A DNA stretch of 64,000 nt from a virus (lineage: Duplodnaviria > Caudoviricetes). Shown here piece after piece: positions 36,366-45,475 of the stretch. The notes under the pieces are model-generated. The model was not told where the DNA came from. It searched no databases and saw only the letters and a list, made by a program, of their open reading frames with translations. The stretch's first letter is position 1. Each line of letters opens with the position of its first letter. The stretch spans positions 15,992 to 79,991 of the IMG/VR virus record IMGVR_UViG_2600255093_000008. The stretch is one strand, 5' to 3'. The position numbers and the translations under genes were made by a program.

Positions 36366-37021
36366 CAGGGCGTGATCCGTTCGAGAACGAGGCTCATTAA
36401 CTCGTCGATCCGCTCCGGCGAGCGCACTTCGAGCACGGTGTACGTCTGGCCGTCGGAGACGAACCGATCCTTTGCCCGCACGTCAACCTGTGTGCCGAGG
36501 TAGGTCGTGTAGCGTTTCGGCATCTGCCGACGGCCCTGAGCGTCGGTCGCACTGCTACTCTCTGGCTGCACCCGGCACGCGATCCCGCTCGCGACGTCTG
36601 AGTAGCTTCCAAGCGTTGGGCGCCCCGCCGCGTCCTGAGCGTTGGACGGGCGGGACAATGTGCCAGTGGATCGCAGATCGGCCGCGAGGATCAGGTTGCG
36701 GCACGTCAGATTCCAGCACCGCGTAATTGTGCCAGCAACCGCGGTGAGTACGGTGTACGTCTGGCCGTCGGTCTCGCGCGTGACCGTGTCCCGTGGCTTC
36801 GCGCCGCCGAGATCCGCGAGCAACTCCGTGCGGATCGAGAAATTCACGTCGCCAGCCTGGTACACGCCACGACTCGCAGCAGCTTCTTTCAGCGTCACAT
36901 ACTCGAACGTGACGTCGGCCGCGTCCACGGACCGGTTGCCGGCGTTGCGGACCGACGTGAACGTGACGGCTTCGAGGTTGTCGAAGATGGCTTGGTCGCT
37001 GCTGAAGTCGAGGCTGTTCAC
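36365..37021 (-). CDS. Head closure protein with tandem duplicated domain
   Basis: DGQTYTVL occurs twice; 21-bp DNA repeat near 36436 and 36750. Confidence 0.7.
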   Translation of the reverse strand: MNSLDFSSDQAIFDNLEAVTFTSVRNAGNRSVDAADVTFEYVTLKEAAASRGVYQAGDVNFSIRTELLADLGGAKPRDTVTRETDGQTYTVLTAVAGTITRCWNLTCRNLILAADLRSTGTLSRPSNAQDAAGRPTLGSYSDVASGIACRVQPESSSATDAQGRRQMPKRYTTYLGTQVDVRAKDRFVSDGQTYTVLEVRSPERIDELMSLVLERITP

Positions 37022-37024
37022 GGA

Positions 37025-37249
37025 TCAGCGCCCCACACTCACGACGTCGAAGATCGGTTTCGTTACCGGGGCAACGCCGGGAACCTTTTCCAGCTCCGCT
37101 CGCGCGTCCATCAGGTTGCGGAACAGCTCGCCCCAGCTAACTGTGCGCCCCTTCTCGGAGTACGTGGGCTTCGGGTTCCTAGTGATCTCGGCAATCTGCG
37201 CGCAGATGTTCGAGTAGGACGCCTTCAGGTTGTCGAGATCGCTGGCCAT
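37025..37249 (-). CDS. gpW-like head-tail joining protein
   Basis: Helix, hairpin (KPTYSEKGRTVSW), helix. Confidence 0.7.
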   Translation of the reverse strand: MASDLDNLKASYSNICAQIAEITRNPKPTYSEKGRTVSWGELFRNLMDARAELEKVPGVAPVTKPIFDVVSVGR

Positions 37250-37297
37250 ACTCACCTTTCGCGGCCTGGAGCCTGATCGGAACACCACTTCGCGAGT

Positions 37298-37606
37298 CTA
37301 TTCGTGCTGTTGGACTTCGGGCTGCTCCGGTAGCGACCAGATGCCCTGGGATTCCTTGAACGCATTCACCGCGGCTGTGAACGGGTCTTTGGCGTCGGCC
37401 GGGTACTCGACCTCGACGGGCGCCCGCCCGCGCATCGTCACAGTAGCCGTTCGCACTGCGGCATTCGCAGCGCCCTCATCGCTATCCGTGTTGTCGTTGG
37501 CACCTTCGGTCGGCGTCGTGACAGCACCCGCCGATCCGTTGGCACCCTCACCGCCGGAGTTCGGCTGCCCTTCTTCGCCCGGCTTGGTCAGTTTGATTTT
37601 CGCCAC
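37298..37606 (-). CDS. Hypothetical head-associated protein
   Basis: GAGG SD, GTG start; low-complexity centre. Confidence 0.5.
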   Translation of the reverse strand: MAKIKLTKPGEEGQPNSGGEGANGSAGAVTTPTEGANDNTDSDEGAANAAVRTATVTMRGRAPVEVEYPADAKDPFTAAVNAFKESQGIWSLPEQPEVQQHE

Positions 37607-37637
37607 CGCGAAGGCCCTCAATTCGATGTTCGGGATA

Positions 37638-37666
37638 GCCCCGTGACTTGTGACCGGTCACGGGGC
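37638..37666 (-). terminator. Hairpin after major capsid gene
   Basis: GCCCCGTGAC / GTCACGGGGC. Confidence 0.6.
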
Positions 37667-37694
37667 GATTTATATATCAAATATTCAAACAATT

Positions 37695-39092
37695 CTACGA
37701 CACTTTCCACCGCTGAATCGCCCACGGGCTGAGTACCTGGACCTGCACCGCGATGTTCGCGACCGATCCGAAGATCAGGTTCTGATCGGCCATCACGAAA
37801 CCGTTCGGGTTGATCTCGGTAACGTTCACGTCCCAGCCCATGCGCCGGCACGCGAACCGTTCCGGGTCCAGACGATACGCGCGGTTACCGGTCCCCCCGA
37901 CGCCCGCCGTCAGGCCCAGGCCGGGACTCAGTTCCGGATCGGTCTGAGTCGTGCTCGCGATGTGGCGGTTGTAGAGCCACTGCGAGACGCGGACGTTCTT
38001 AAAGATCCCGGCGAACGGGTTCGGTGCATTAGCCCATCCGGTCGGGAACGTGCTGCCCGCGATCTGCGAGGCCGGGGCCGCGGGCTGGCTCCCGAGTGCG
38101 ATGTTCTGGATCGTGTTGAGGTAAGTCGCGAACCACTGGATGGAGCTGGGCAGGAGCATCGTGGTGAGCCGGTCCGCCATCGGCATCGGCAGGCCGGTGA
38201 CGGGGTGCCTGTAACCCAACAGTGCAACCTGACTGGTGTTGAACACCGTCATCGGGTCGCTGGAGATCGGGTTAACTATGTCGTTGCCGAGTGTGGCGGT
38301 TTGCCCCGGACCCGCGGGAACCGTAGCGCCGTAGGTGTTGTACCCCGTCGCCGAAGCGTCCGCGGTCAGCCCCAACTTGAAGTTGTTGGTCTGGCCCACG
38401 ATGGCATCGAGAGCGAGTTCGTTCTCTCGGTACTTCAGCCCCATGCCCAAATCCCGGGCCGAAGCCAGTACCTGCCCCCCGGTGATGTCCGTGACCGCGG
38501 TCTCCTTCGCCACAGTGATCTTGTGGCCGTACTTCGACATTGCTCCCGGCTCGACCCACATGGCGTCGAGCCGCACATCGGGGTGCGACTGACCGGGGCC
38601 GACCCTTGGGGCGGGGCGGCTCGGCCCGATGATGGCCGTGTACCGCTCGCCGCCCTGCCAGTAGACCATCGGCCGAATCGGGAACAGGTCGACCAGGTCG
38701 AAGTCCGCCGACTCGTACCCTTCGAGGATCGACCCCTTCACGAGTCCGCCAACGCTGGCGGTCCACGCGGACACGTTCATCAAGTGCGACGGCCCGATGG
38801 GAGCCGCGTTCTCTTCGGAAAACCACCGGCCCTCTGCGATGAGTCGGCGCCAGTTGTGGCCGATCAGCCCCTCGGTAATTGCTTCGAGCGGGAAATCGGC
38901 GACGGTACGCTTCCGCTCTTTGGCGAGCATCGGCGCCCCGTCCGGGCGCCGGTAGTGGTCGCCGGTCTTGGGATCGATCAGCCCGATCGCCTCGGTAATC
39001 ACGCGCGCGATGTACTTGTCCGGCCGCGGGTTCGAGGACTCGCAAACCTGCTTGTACTTGTCGCGGATCTTCTCGTACACGGCCTGGGACAT
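37695..39092 (-). CDS. Major capsid protein (Mu gpT-like HK97 fold)
   Basis: KYGHKITVAKETAVTDITG.VL..ARDLG..LKYRENEL; start at MSQAVYEK. Confidence 0.82.
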   Translation of the reverse strand: MSQAVYEKIRDKYKQVCESSNPRPDKYIARVITEAIGLIDPKTGDHYRRPDGAPMLAKERKRTVADFPLEAITEGLIGHNWRRLIAEGRWFSEENAAPIGPSHLMNVSAWTASVGGLVKGSILEGYESADFDLVDLFPIRPMVYWQGGERYTAIIGPSRPAPRVGPGQSHPDVRLDAMWVEPGAMSKYGHKITVAKETAVTDITGGQVLASARDLGMGLKYRENELALDAIVGQTNNFKLGLTADASATGYNTYGATVPAGPGQTATLGNDIVNPISSDPMTVFNTSQVALLGYRHPVTGLPMPMADRLTTMLLPSSIQWFATYLNTIQNIALGSQPAAPASQIAGSTFPTGWANAPNPFAGIFKNVRVSQWLYNRHIASTTQTDPELSPGLGLTAGVGGTGNRAYRLDPERFACRRMGWDVNVTEINPNGFVMADQNLIFGSVANIAVQVQVLSPWAIQRWKVS

Positions 39093-39128
39093 TACGGACC
39101 TCGTGTGTGCGGTGATCTCTCGAAGGAA

Positions 39129-39152
39129 CCCGGGGCCAACTCTGGCCCCGGG
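39129..39152 (-). terminator. Hairpin between decoration and capsid genes
   Basis: CCCGGGGCCA / TGGCCCCGGG. Confidence 0.45.
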
Positions 39153-39163
39153 CGGAATGCGGG

Positions 39164-39673
39164 TTACGCCGGAGCCGTCGGCCCGCCGTACAGGAGCGGC
39201 AACAGCAGCTCGAAGAACAGGAAAGTTTGGCCCACGGGCGCGTCGCGAGTTACGCGCCCGAAGGCTTGGCCGATGGTCGCGGTGACGGCGACGGCCTGGT
39301 TGTCCACCAGGTTGGCAGAGGCTTGTTTTGCGAAGGTGACGAGCGCGCCCGGAGCCGCGGCCGAACCGAGTGCGGCACACGGGAAGCAGAACTCACCGGT
39401 CTTGAGAATGTTGCCGTCGGCTTTCCCGCCGTCGGTCGCTTGCGCTGCGAGCCGGCGGGCCATCGACACGCCGCGGAGCAGGATGTTGAGCGCCCCAGCG
39501 GTGGTTGCGATGTCCGTGTTCCACGTGTAGCTCGACACGGGCTTGTCATACCCGTCGGTGTCACGGAACACGAAATCGCCGGGGCTGACGGCAATCGAGG
39601 CCTTCCAGATCGCGTCCCACTGCTCGGGTGCGCGACCCTGGCCCGTTTCGTTGTAAATGCCGCATGCTGGCAT
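39164..39673 (-). CDS. Capsid decoration/cement protein
   Basis: GDFV...GVS...G.F.F pattern; between protease and capsid. Confidence 0.7.
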   Translation of the reverse strand: MPACGIYNETGQGRAPEQWDAIWKASIAVSPGDFVFRDTDGYDKPVSSYTWNTDIATTAGALNILLRGVSMARRLAAQATDGGKADGNILKTGEFCFPCAALGSAAAPGALVTFAKQASANLVDNQAVAVTATIGQAFGRVTRDAPVGQTFLFFELLLPLLYGGPTAPA

Positions 39674-39721
39674 CGCATTGTCCTCGGTACGGTGGTTGTC
39701 GGTGGCCGATCCCGCGCGGGG

Positions 39722-40822
39722 TTACGAGTCCCAGGTGATGCGCCCGGGCGCGGCCCCGGTTGTCGTTTTGGACTCTTTGGTCTGCTGCCCTTTGTCTCGC
39801 GGTGTGCTGATCGGCGTTTCGGCCCCACCGCCCGCAGACAGTCGCTTGTACGATTCGGCGATGACCTTGCGGCGATCGGGTTTAGCCGCGGCGATCGCTT
39901 CGAGATCGTCGGTGGAGTAGCCGGTGAACCCGACCGCCTTGCAAACGGCAATTGCTTCGAGGATCGCGGCGCCGTCCCGGGCCTTCTGCTTGCCTTCGGG
40001 TGTGGCTGGATCTCCGTCGTCGTCCACCTTGTCGGGTTTGGTTGCGTCGGCAACCGCGTCGCCGTGGCTGTTGAGCAGGTTCTTGATCTTGGCGAGCGCG
40101 TCTTTGGGTTCCATGTCGCCGCTGAGGGCGTTGTCAATAACGGCCATGAGCGCAGTCTTGAACCCGGCGCTGATCGCCGCGTTGACGTCGTCGCTCTCGC
40201 CCGGCCCTGCGTCCATGTCCGTGGCGACGTCGGCCATGCCGTCCATCTCGGACAGGGCCTTGATCTTGAGCACCTGCTTCGTGGTGCTCTTGGGGTGTTT
40301 CGCGATCGACTCGGCCAGTTGCTTGATTGTCAGCGGCACTTTTCGGCCCTCAAAGAGTCCCTTGGTAGTGGCCGGTTGTGCCACCAGATCGATTGATTCC
40401 ACTTCGCGGATCGCCTCAACTACCTCACGCCCGCCCGGTCCGCGGCGCGTATCGCACATTGCGACGTGCGAGAATCCGAACAGGGCGGGATTCTTCTCCG
40501 CGGCCTCCATCACCCGCTCGTACATGGGGTGTTTGGTGAGGCAGTGGAGCGTGCCGCGGGGCTTGCCGTCGGCGTCGATCTTTACCCCTTTGAACCAGCC
40601 GAACACGCGGTCGACCGTGGCGTCACGGCCGTGATCGCAGTTGACGGGTTTCCCCTCGTACTTGCCAAAGTCGCGCTTGAACACGCTCACCGGGTAATCG
40701 CGCCCGTTGGCGCTGACCGTCCCGCAGATGAGCACGCCGCTGATAGTGCCCGCTTCCCGGTCGACTTTGGCGCCGGTGAAAGGTGCCGCAACGCGCTCGG
40801 TGATGCGTACTGCGATCGTCAT
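39722..40822 (-). CDS. Prohead core protease fused to scaffold
   Basis: SANGRDY, NCDH, GFSH, SIDLVAQPAT; acidic helical C-terminus. Confidence 0.85.
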   Translation of the reverse strand: MTIAVRITERVAAPFTGAKVDREAGTISGVLICGTVSANGRDYPVSVFKRDFGKYEGKPVNCDHGRDATVDRVFGWFKGVKIDADGKPRGTLHCLTKHPMYERVMEAAEKNPALFGFSHVAMCDTRRGPGGREVVEAIREVESIDLVAQPATTKGLFEGRKVPLTIKQLAESIAKHPKSTTKQVLKIKALSEMDGMADVATDMDAGPGESDDVNAAISAGFKTALMAVIDNALSGDMEPKDALAKIKNLLNSHGDAVADATKPDKVDDDGDPATPEGKQKARDGAAILEAIAVCKAVGFTGYSTDDLEAIAAAKPDRRKVIAESYKRLSAGGGAETPISTPRDKGQQTKESKTTTGAAPGRITWDS

Positions 40823-40838
40823 GACCGGCCAATGGCAC
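40823..40838 (-). promoter_or_regulatory. 16-nt motif, copy D, abutting ATG
   Basis: GTGCCATTGGCCGGTC|ATG. Confidence 0.8.
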
Positions 40839-40842
40839 GGGG

Positions 40843-41208
40843 CTATTTCCGAGCAGGCTCCACAGCAAAGGCGAACCGTCCGAAGATGTGTGGGAACATC
40901 TCACGAGCGATCACCAGCCCGGCATCCGTTGTGTGCTCGCCTTCGAGTACGAACGCGCTGTTACTATTCCCCCGGCTGTCTCCGCTGCGATCCCAGAACG
41001 CGAGCACGGTCCATCCGTTGATGACCGATCGGTGAACGGCGCCCTGCACCTGGTCGCCGTCTTGAGGCAGTAGATGGCTGTCCAGGATGTGCAGAGCGAA
41101 CGGCAGAGAACGCTCTGCGTCGCGACCAGCGAAACGACCACTGCGCGTGTGCAGATGGTGCCCCGCTTGACCCGCGTTCCACACACCGAAGTAGTACACC
41201 TGCATCAC
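40843..41208 (-). CDS. Hypothetical protein coupled to the portal
   Basis: ATGA overlap; YYFGVW..AGH, WDRS.D.R.NSNSAF. Confidence 0.6.
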   Translation of the reverse strand: MMQVYYFGVWNAGQAGHHLHTRSGRFAGRDAERSLPFALHILDSHLLPQDGDQVQGAVHRSVINGWTVLAFWDRSGDSRGNSNSAFVLEGEHTTDAGLVIAREMFPHIFGRFAFAVEPARK

Positions 41209-44066
41209 GACATCCCCTTGACCAGTTCCCGGAGCCGCTGTTCAACCGTCGCCGCGTCGGGTGCGGCACGCTCGACGCTAAGCTGCTCGTTAAGGTGGGT
41301 GAACAGTTCGGCGATCATCGCGGCCCACACACCGAACCCGTCGTCGGTGTCCACCGCTTCACCGCGGACCTTGTGAGCGGCCCAATACGCGGCCTTGACG
41401 ATCACCTTTGAGGCAATCGACGCGACGAGGTGCCCAGAGATGCCGAACCCGAGCGCATCGTTGAGATTCGAGGACACCGCGTCGGCAGTCTTCGGGTTGG
41501 CCGTTCCGGAGCTGAGGTTCGGGTTGTAGCCGAGCAGCTTCATGTCGCCCGGGGTATCCAGAATCGCACCGAGTATCCCACCGATGCGTTCGGCCGCGGG
41601 ACTCAGGCGAATCGACCACTCGTAGGCTTTCACGGCCGCGGTCAGGGCCAGATCCTTGACGCGCGCGACGGTGCCAGCGGGCGGGCGCTTGTCGGCTGGC
41701 AGTGCCGCAATGTCCTTGTCGATGCCTGCGGTGATGGACGCGCGGTCGTCGTCGTGCAACTCGTGGGCGCGGTCGGGTGCGGCGGCGTCGGACGGACCGT
41801 TACCTTTAACGCGGCGCTGGTACGTGGTCCCGTTCGACAAATGGACGTCGATTATCCGATCTTCCCAGACAATCGCCTTGATCGGTGCCGATTCCTTTTT
41901 CGCCGGCGCGACCTGACCCTTCACGAGCACCTTGCCGTCGGGCAACACGACCGGCGGGCGAACGACAACGCCCGTATCGCCGGGGAACATCCCCGCGGGT
42001 GCGTAGTACAGTGCGCCGGAATGTTTGACCGGCTCGCCCTTCTTCGGCCCGGTCGTCGCGGCGCCGGTGATCGGCAACACACGCTCGATGGCCGCTTGAG
42101 CCTCGACGTGGCCGAGGTCGTGAGCGTGCATCCATACCGACGCGAGTTCTTGCGCCAAGTCCCGAGCGTCGCCGTCGGTCGCGTTGAAGAGCGCGGATTC
42201 GAGGTAGTCTTTCGCCACCGGGTCCGTGGCCTGAGAAATGGCCGCTTTGGTCGCGCTGAAGGGGTCCGATTCGGTCGACTGGTCGGGCGCCTTAGCGACC
42301 TGTTTGCCGTCAACGTAATGCCGCTCGCGCCCCTTCGCGTCCTTGATGGTGCCCGTGAAACCTTCTTTCAGAATGGCTTCACCGAAGATTCCCCCGTCAT
42401 CCGGAGACGTGCCGTCACCGCCCGCACTGCCCGGGGGTGTGGGCGTGGGATCTTTCGGACCGGCCGTCGGCGCTGGTACCGGTGCGGGAAGTCCGCCCAT
42501 CTCTGTCAGCTTCTTCTTGTGGCTGGCAAGGTTCGCGAGCAGCACTTTTGGATCGTCGCCGGCAGCGCTCATCCACTTGTAGGGATCGGCCACACCCTTA
42601 TCGAGTAGCGCGAGGAAGGTACGAGCCTTCTTTTCTTCGTCGGCGATCACAACCGGCTTCGAGGTCAGCACGGGCTTCACCCGCCGCCACGTGCCCTGTG
42701 GCAGCCGGCCCGATTCCTCGCACAGCAGAATCACGCGCTCGATAACGGACCGCGTGAACCCTTGCTGCTTCTTCTGGCGACCTTCGATGATGCGGACGAA
42801 GGGGGAGCCGGACACGAGGCTCGACGCGAACGAGTCGGCCTCTCCGGAGAAGGAAGACGGCAGGCCGAAGCGGAAGCTGATGCTCCGCATGATGGCCTGC
42901 TCGACCTGGACGAACCCGTTGGGTTGCGACGTCGGCCCCACCTGGACGTTGCGCCCGGCTTCGGTGCGGATGATCGAGCCGGCGTCGTAATTCTTCACAT
43001 CCACGCGCGCAGCATTTGAGCCTTGCCCCGGTCCACCGAGCCGCAGGCCCTGATAGTCGCGGTTCGTTTCGATATGCCGGCGGAGATTGTCTTCGGTCGT
43101 GTTGGCGTACTCTTCCCACCACGCAATTGCCGCTTGCAGTCGAGCCACGTGGCCCATGTTTTCGAGCAGGCCCGCTACCTTGCGCACCAGCTCAGCGACC
43201 GGCCGGAAGTCGCTCATGCCGCGTTTCACGACGCGGTCAACGTTATGCTTCGTGCGCACGAACCGGTTCGCCGGGATCACGCGCCCGCCGTCGCGGTCCG
43301 GGTGGGCCACGTAGATCGCCGGCACTGTCTCGGCGTCGTGGGGCTTGGTGAGCGCGCCCCACTTCCAGTCTTCGAGGCTGGCCCAATCAAAGTCGCGCGG
43401 CACCTCATCCGGTGTGCGGATTAGCTCAGGCTCAACGTGACGGCACACGGGCACTTCGCCCCGACCGCCGCGGAAAAACTCGAGAGTCGCTTCCCCTTCA
43501 AGGATGCTGCGCCCGATGCACTCCTCTTCCCGGTCCGTCTCGCCCTGGCCCCAGTCGTTGACCTCGCACCACTCGTCCCATGCCTCTTGTACAGTGCGGA
43601 CGAGCGGGTCAACGTCCGTCTGACCGTCGCCGTCGGCATCGACCGGGCCGGACGCGGTGGAGCCGGGCGCCTGGCCGCGCAACACGAACTGTACGGACAC
43701 GGGACCGATGAACGCCTTGACGTGATCCCTGAACCCGATCAGCAGGTGATTTCGCTGCGCCATCTCGCGCACGAGCGACAGGTGCAGGCGCCATTCCTCT
43801 TCGGTCAGGTACGGCAGCGCCGCGTGCGTGCGGTCGTCGGCCCGGTCCGCGGGATAGCCCCCACCGAACCCACCGAGGTAACCGAACGTGCCGTCATAGA
43901 ATCGGTCGAATCGCCAGGAGACGGCGTCGAGTGCAGCAATCTGCTCGCGGACCCGGCCTTCCGCGAGCGCGAGTTGCCGACGAAGTGTGGTCAGACCCTC
44001 TGGTTCCGATGAACCAGAGGTTGCGGGGAGTGCTTCGGATGTGGTCAGCGTGATGGCCGGATACAT
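41205..44066 (-). CDS. Lambda-family portal protein with about 400-aa C-terminal extension
   Basis: DGE-like ILEGE, VEPE, H....DR..KRGMSD portal motifs; ATG abuts motif copy E. Confidence 0.85.
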   Translation of the reverse strand: MYPAITLTTSEALPATSGSSEPEGLTTLRRQLALAEGRVREQIAALDAVSWRFDRFYDGTFGYLGGFGGGYPADRADDRTHAALPYLTEEEWRLHLSLVREMAQRNHLLIGFRDHVKAFIGPVSVQFVLRGQAPGSTASGPVDADGDGQTDVDPLVRTVQEAWDEWCEVNDWGQGETDREEECIGRSILEGEATLEFFRGGRGEVPVCRHVEPELIRTPDEVPRDFDWASLEDWKWGALTKPHDAETVPAIYVAHPDRDGGRVIPANRFVRTKHNVDRVVKRGMSDFRPVAELVRKVAGLLENMGHVARLQAAIAWWEEYANTTEDNLRRHIETNRDYQGLRLGGPGQGSNAARVDVKNYDAGSIIRTEAGRNVQVGPTSQPNGFVQVEQAIMRSISFRFGLPSSFSGEADSFASSLVSGSPFVRIIEGRQKKQQGFTRSVIERVILLCEESGRLPQGTWRRVKPVLTSKPVVIADEEKKARTFLALLDKGVADPYKWMSAAGDDPKVLLANLASHKKKLTEMGGLPAPVPAPTAGPKDPTPTPPGSAGGDGTSPDDGGIFGEAILKEGFTGTIKDAKGRERHYVDGKQVAKAPDQSTESDPFSATKAAISQATDPVAKDYLESALFNATDGDARDLAQELASVWMHAHDLGHVEAQAAIERVLPITGAATTGPKKGEPVKHSGALYYAPAGMFPGDTGVVVRPPVVLPDGKVLVKGQVAPAKKESAPIKAIVWEDRIIDVHLSNGTTYQRRVKGNGPSDAAAPDRAHELHDDDRASITAGIDKDIAALPADKRPPAGTVARVKDLALTAAVKAYEWSIRLSPAAERIGGILGAILDTPGDMKLLGYNPNLSSGTANPKTADAVSSNLNDALGFGISGHLVASIASKVIVKAAYWAAHKVRGEAVDTDDGFGVWAAMIAELFTHLNEQLSVERAAPDAATVEQRLRELVKGMS

Positions 44067-44082
44067 GACCGGCCAATGGCAC
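44067..44082 (-). promoter_or_regulatory. 16-nt motif, copy E, abutting ATG
   Basis: GTGCCATTGGCCGGTC|ATG. Confidence 0.8.
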
Positions 44083-44085
44083 CGG

Positions 44086-44490
44086 CTACACCTGGTGCGT
44101 GCCTTCGACGCCACGTGCGAGTCGATCCTTCGTGCGTTGCTGCAAAGACGCACGCGCGGACCGCAGTGAGCTGAGCGCGTCTGCGTTGTACGGATGCGCG
44201 AACGGGCCGTTCTGGAAACCCTCCAGTCGGTCGATCAGGATCGTGAGCAACACTTCGTGCGTCAGCCCGTTAGTTCCGACTTCGGGGATCGGGCCGTTTT
44301 GGAACAGGATCGTCGAATGTTGAGCGGGCTGACCATGACGCGCCGTCCACGGATCGGACGGATTAGTTCCGCTATTGAATCCTTCGACCTGGTAGAGGTG
44401 CGGCGCGCCGCCCTTGCCCGGCTCGTCGAGCACAGTGATAGTGAGATGGTCGTTGCAACCGTTTACCTTGTGGCCGTTCAACTCGCGCAT
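44086..44490 (-). CDS. tad1: Tad1-family anti-Thoeris signal sponge
   Basis: GGAPH.Y, FQNGP..E.G.NG, LL.ILIDRL.GFQ.GPF...N, RT.DR..RGVEGT match the recalled Tad1 motif set. Confidence 0.82.
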   Translation of the reverse strand: MRELNGHKVNGCNDHLTITVLDEPGKGGAPHLYQVEGFNSGTNPSDPWTARHGQPAQHSTILFQNGPIPEVGTNGLTHEVLLTILIDRLEGFQNGPFAHPYNADALSSLRSARASLQQRTKDRLARGVEGTHQV

Positions 44491-44520
44491 TGGGCACTCC
44501 GTTAGGAAATCGAAAGAGAC

Positions 44521-44536
44521 GAACGGCCAATGGCAC
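44521..44536 (-). promoter_or_regulatory. 16-nt motif, copy F
   Basis: GTGCCATTGGCCGTTC, then a 30-nt leader with GGAG SD. Confidence 0.75.
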
Positions 44537-44540
44537 TGAC

Positions 44541-45230
44541 TTAGCGCGAGGCTTTAGCTCGTCGGGCTTTGACAACCGGAGTAGTGTCTACGGTCTGACT
44601 GCAAACCCATTCGCCGGCCGCGTAGGTCTGGCACGACTTACACTTTCTGCACGCCTGGAATCGTCCGCGTACTGACTTCAGGGACCATTCCTCACACCAC
44701 CAACAGAGATCGTGAAGGGCCTGTTCTTTGGTCTGCCGGATCACGTCGGCCTTACTGTCCCATTCGAGCGGGTGCAGCATCCTGCCCGTGTGCCCGGCCG
44801 CGACCTGGAGTGCGTCAAATGCGGCTTGGTATCGACCTGCGTTGTGCCAGAAGTCATCGGTGCGGATGTAGCCGGAGTAGAGATCCTCGTCGCGTTCCAG
44901 GTAATTGATGGCTGTCGTGAGCCACAGCAAGGCTTGCGGGTTGTCGGATGAGCCGATGCCGTTCTCCGGTCGCCAAGTGCGGAAGTTCTGTTTGGCCGAC
45001 ACTTCGAGGTAATTGATCGTGAAGCCGAGCGCGCGGAACTTCTCCTTAAGCGCGGTACGGGCGTTCGCCGCGGCCTTCTCGTGCATGGAGACTTGCGGGT
45101 GAACGATAGTGAGCGCGCGAATGCCGTGCGGGTGGTGAGTGGTCCCGTCGCGATGCTCGGTCGCGATGCGATGCAGAACCAACGTCGAATCGAGACCGCC
45201 GGACCAGCAGAGCAAAGACATAAAACGCAA
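44541..45230 (-). CDS. QueC-like PP-loop ATPase
   Basis: WSGGLDST PP-loop; PL...SKADV; CWWC...CRKCKSC zinc site. Confidence 0.85.
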   Translation of the reverse strand: MRFMSLLCWSGGLDSTLVLHRIATEHRDGTTHHPHGIRALTIVHPQVSMHEKAAANARTALKEKFRALGFTINYLEVSAKQNFRTWRPENGIGSSDNPQALLWLTTAINYLERDEDLYSGYIRTDDFWHNAGRYQAAFDALQVAAGHTGRMLHPLEWDSKADVIRQTKEQALHDLCWWCEEWSLKSVRGRFQACRKCKSCQTYAAGEWVCSQTVDTTPVVKARRAKASR

Positions 45231-45286
45231 TCTCCAAAGGGATCGTGCCAGGATGCGCAGTCGGAACAGAATGTCATCGCCGGCCT

Positions 45287-45475
45287 CTATCGATCAACGC
45301 CGTGCTTCGTTTCGCGCGTGTCTTCCTTTTCATCAGCCGACCGATGCCGCTGAGTCGGCACGTAAGCCAAGTACCCGGACGACCGCAGTTCGTTCAGGAC
45401 CACTTTGCGGCAATGCTTGCAGAATCGCTCGTGAGCCTCCGCAGGGAATGCCTTGCAACGTTCGCAGGTCTTCAT
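45287..45475 (-). CDS. Small zinc-finger protein
   Basis: CERC...CKHC; ATGA overlap with terL. Confidence 0.6.
   Translation of the reverse strand: MKTCERCKAFPAEAHERFCKHCRKVVLNELRSSGYLAYVPTQRHRSADEKEDTRETKHGVDR

Noticed and set aside
44541-45230. Complete 7-deazaguanine DNA modification cluster
   Set aside because: No folE, queD, queE or dpdA recognisable in the window
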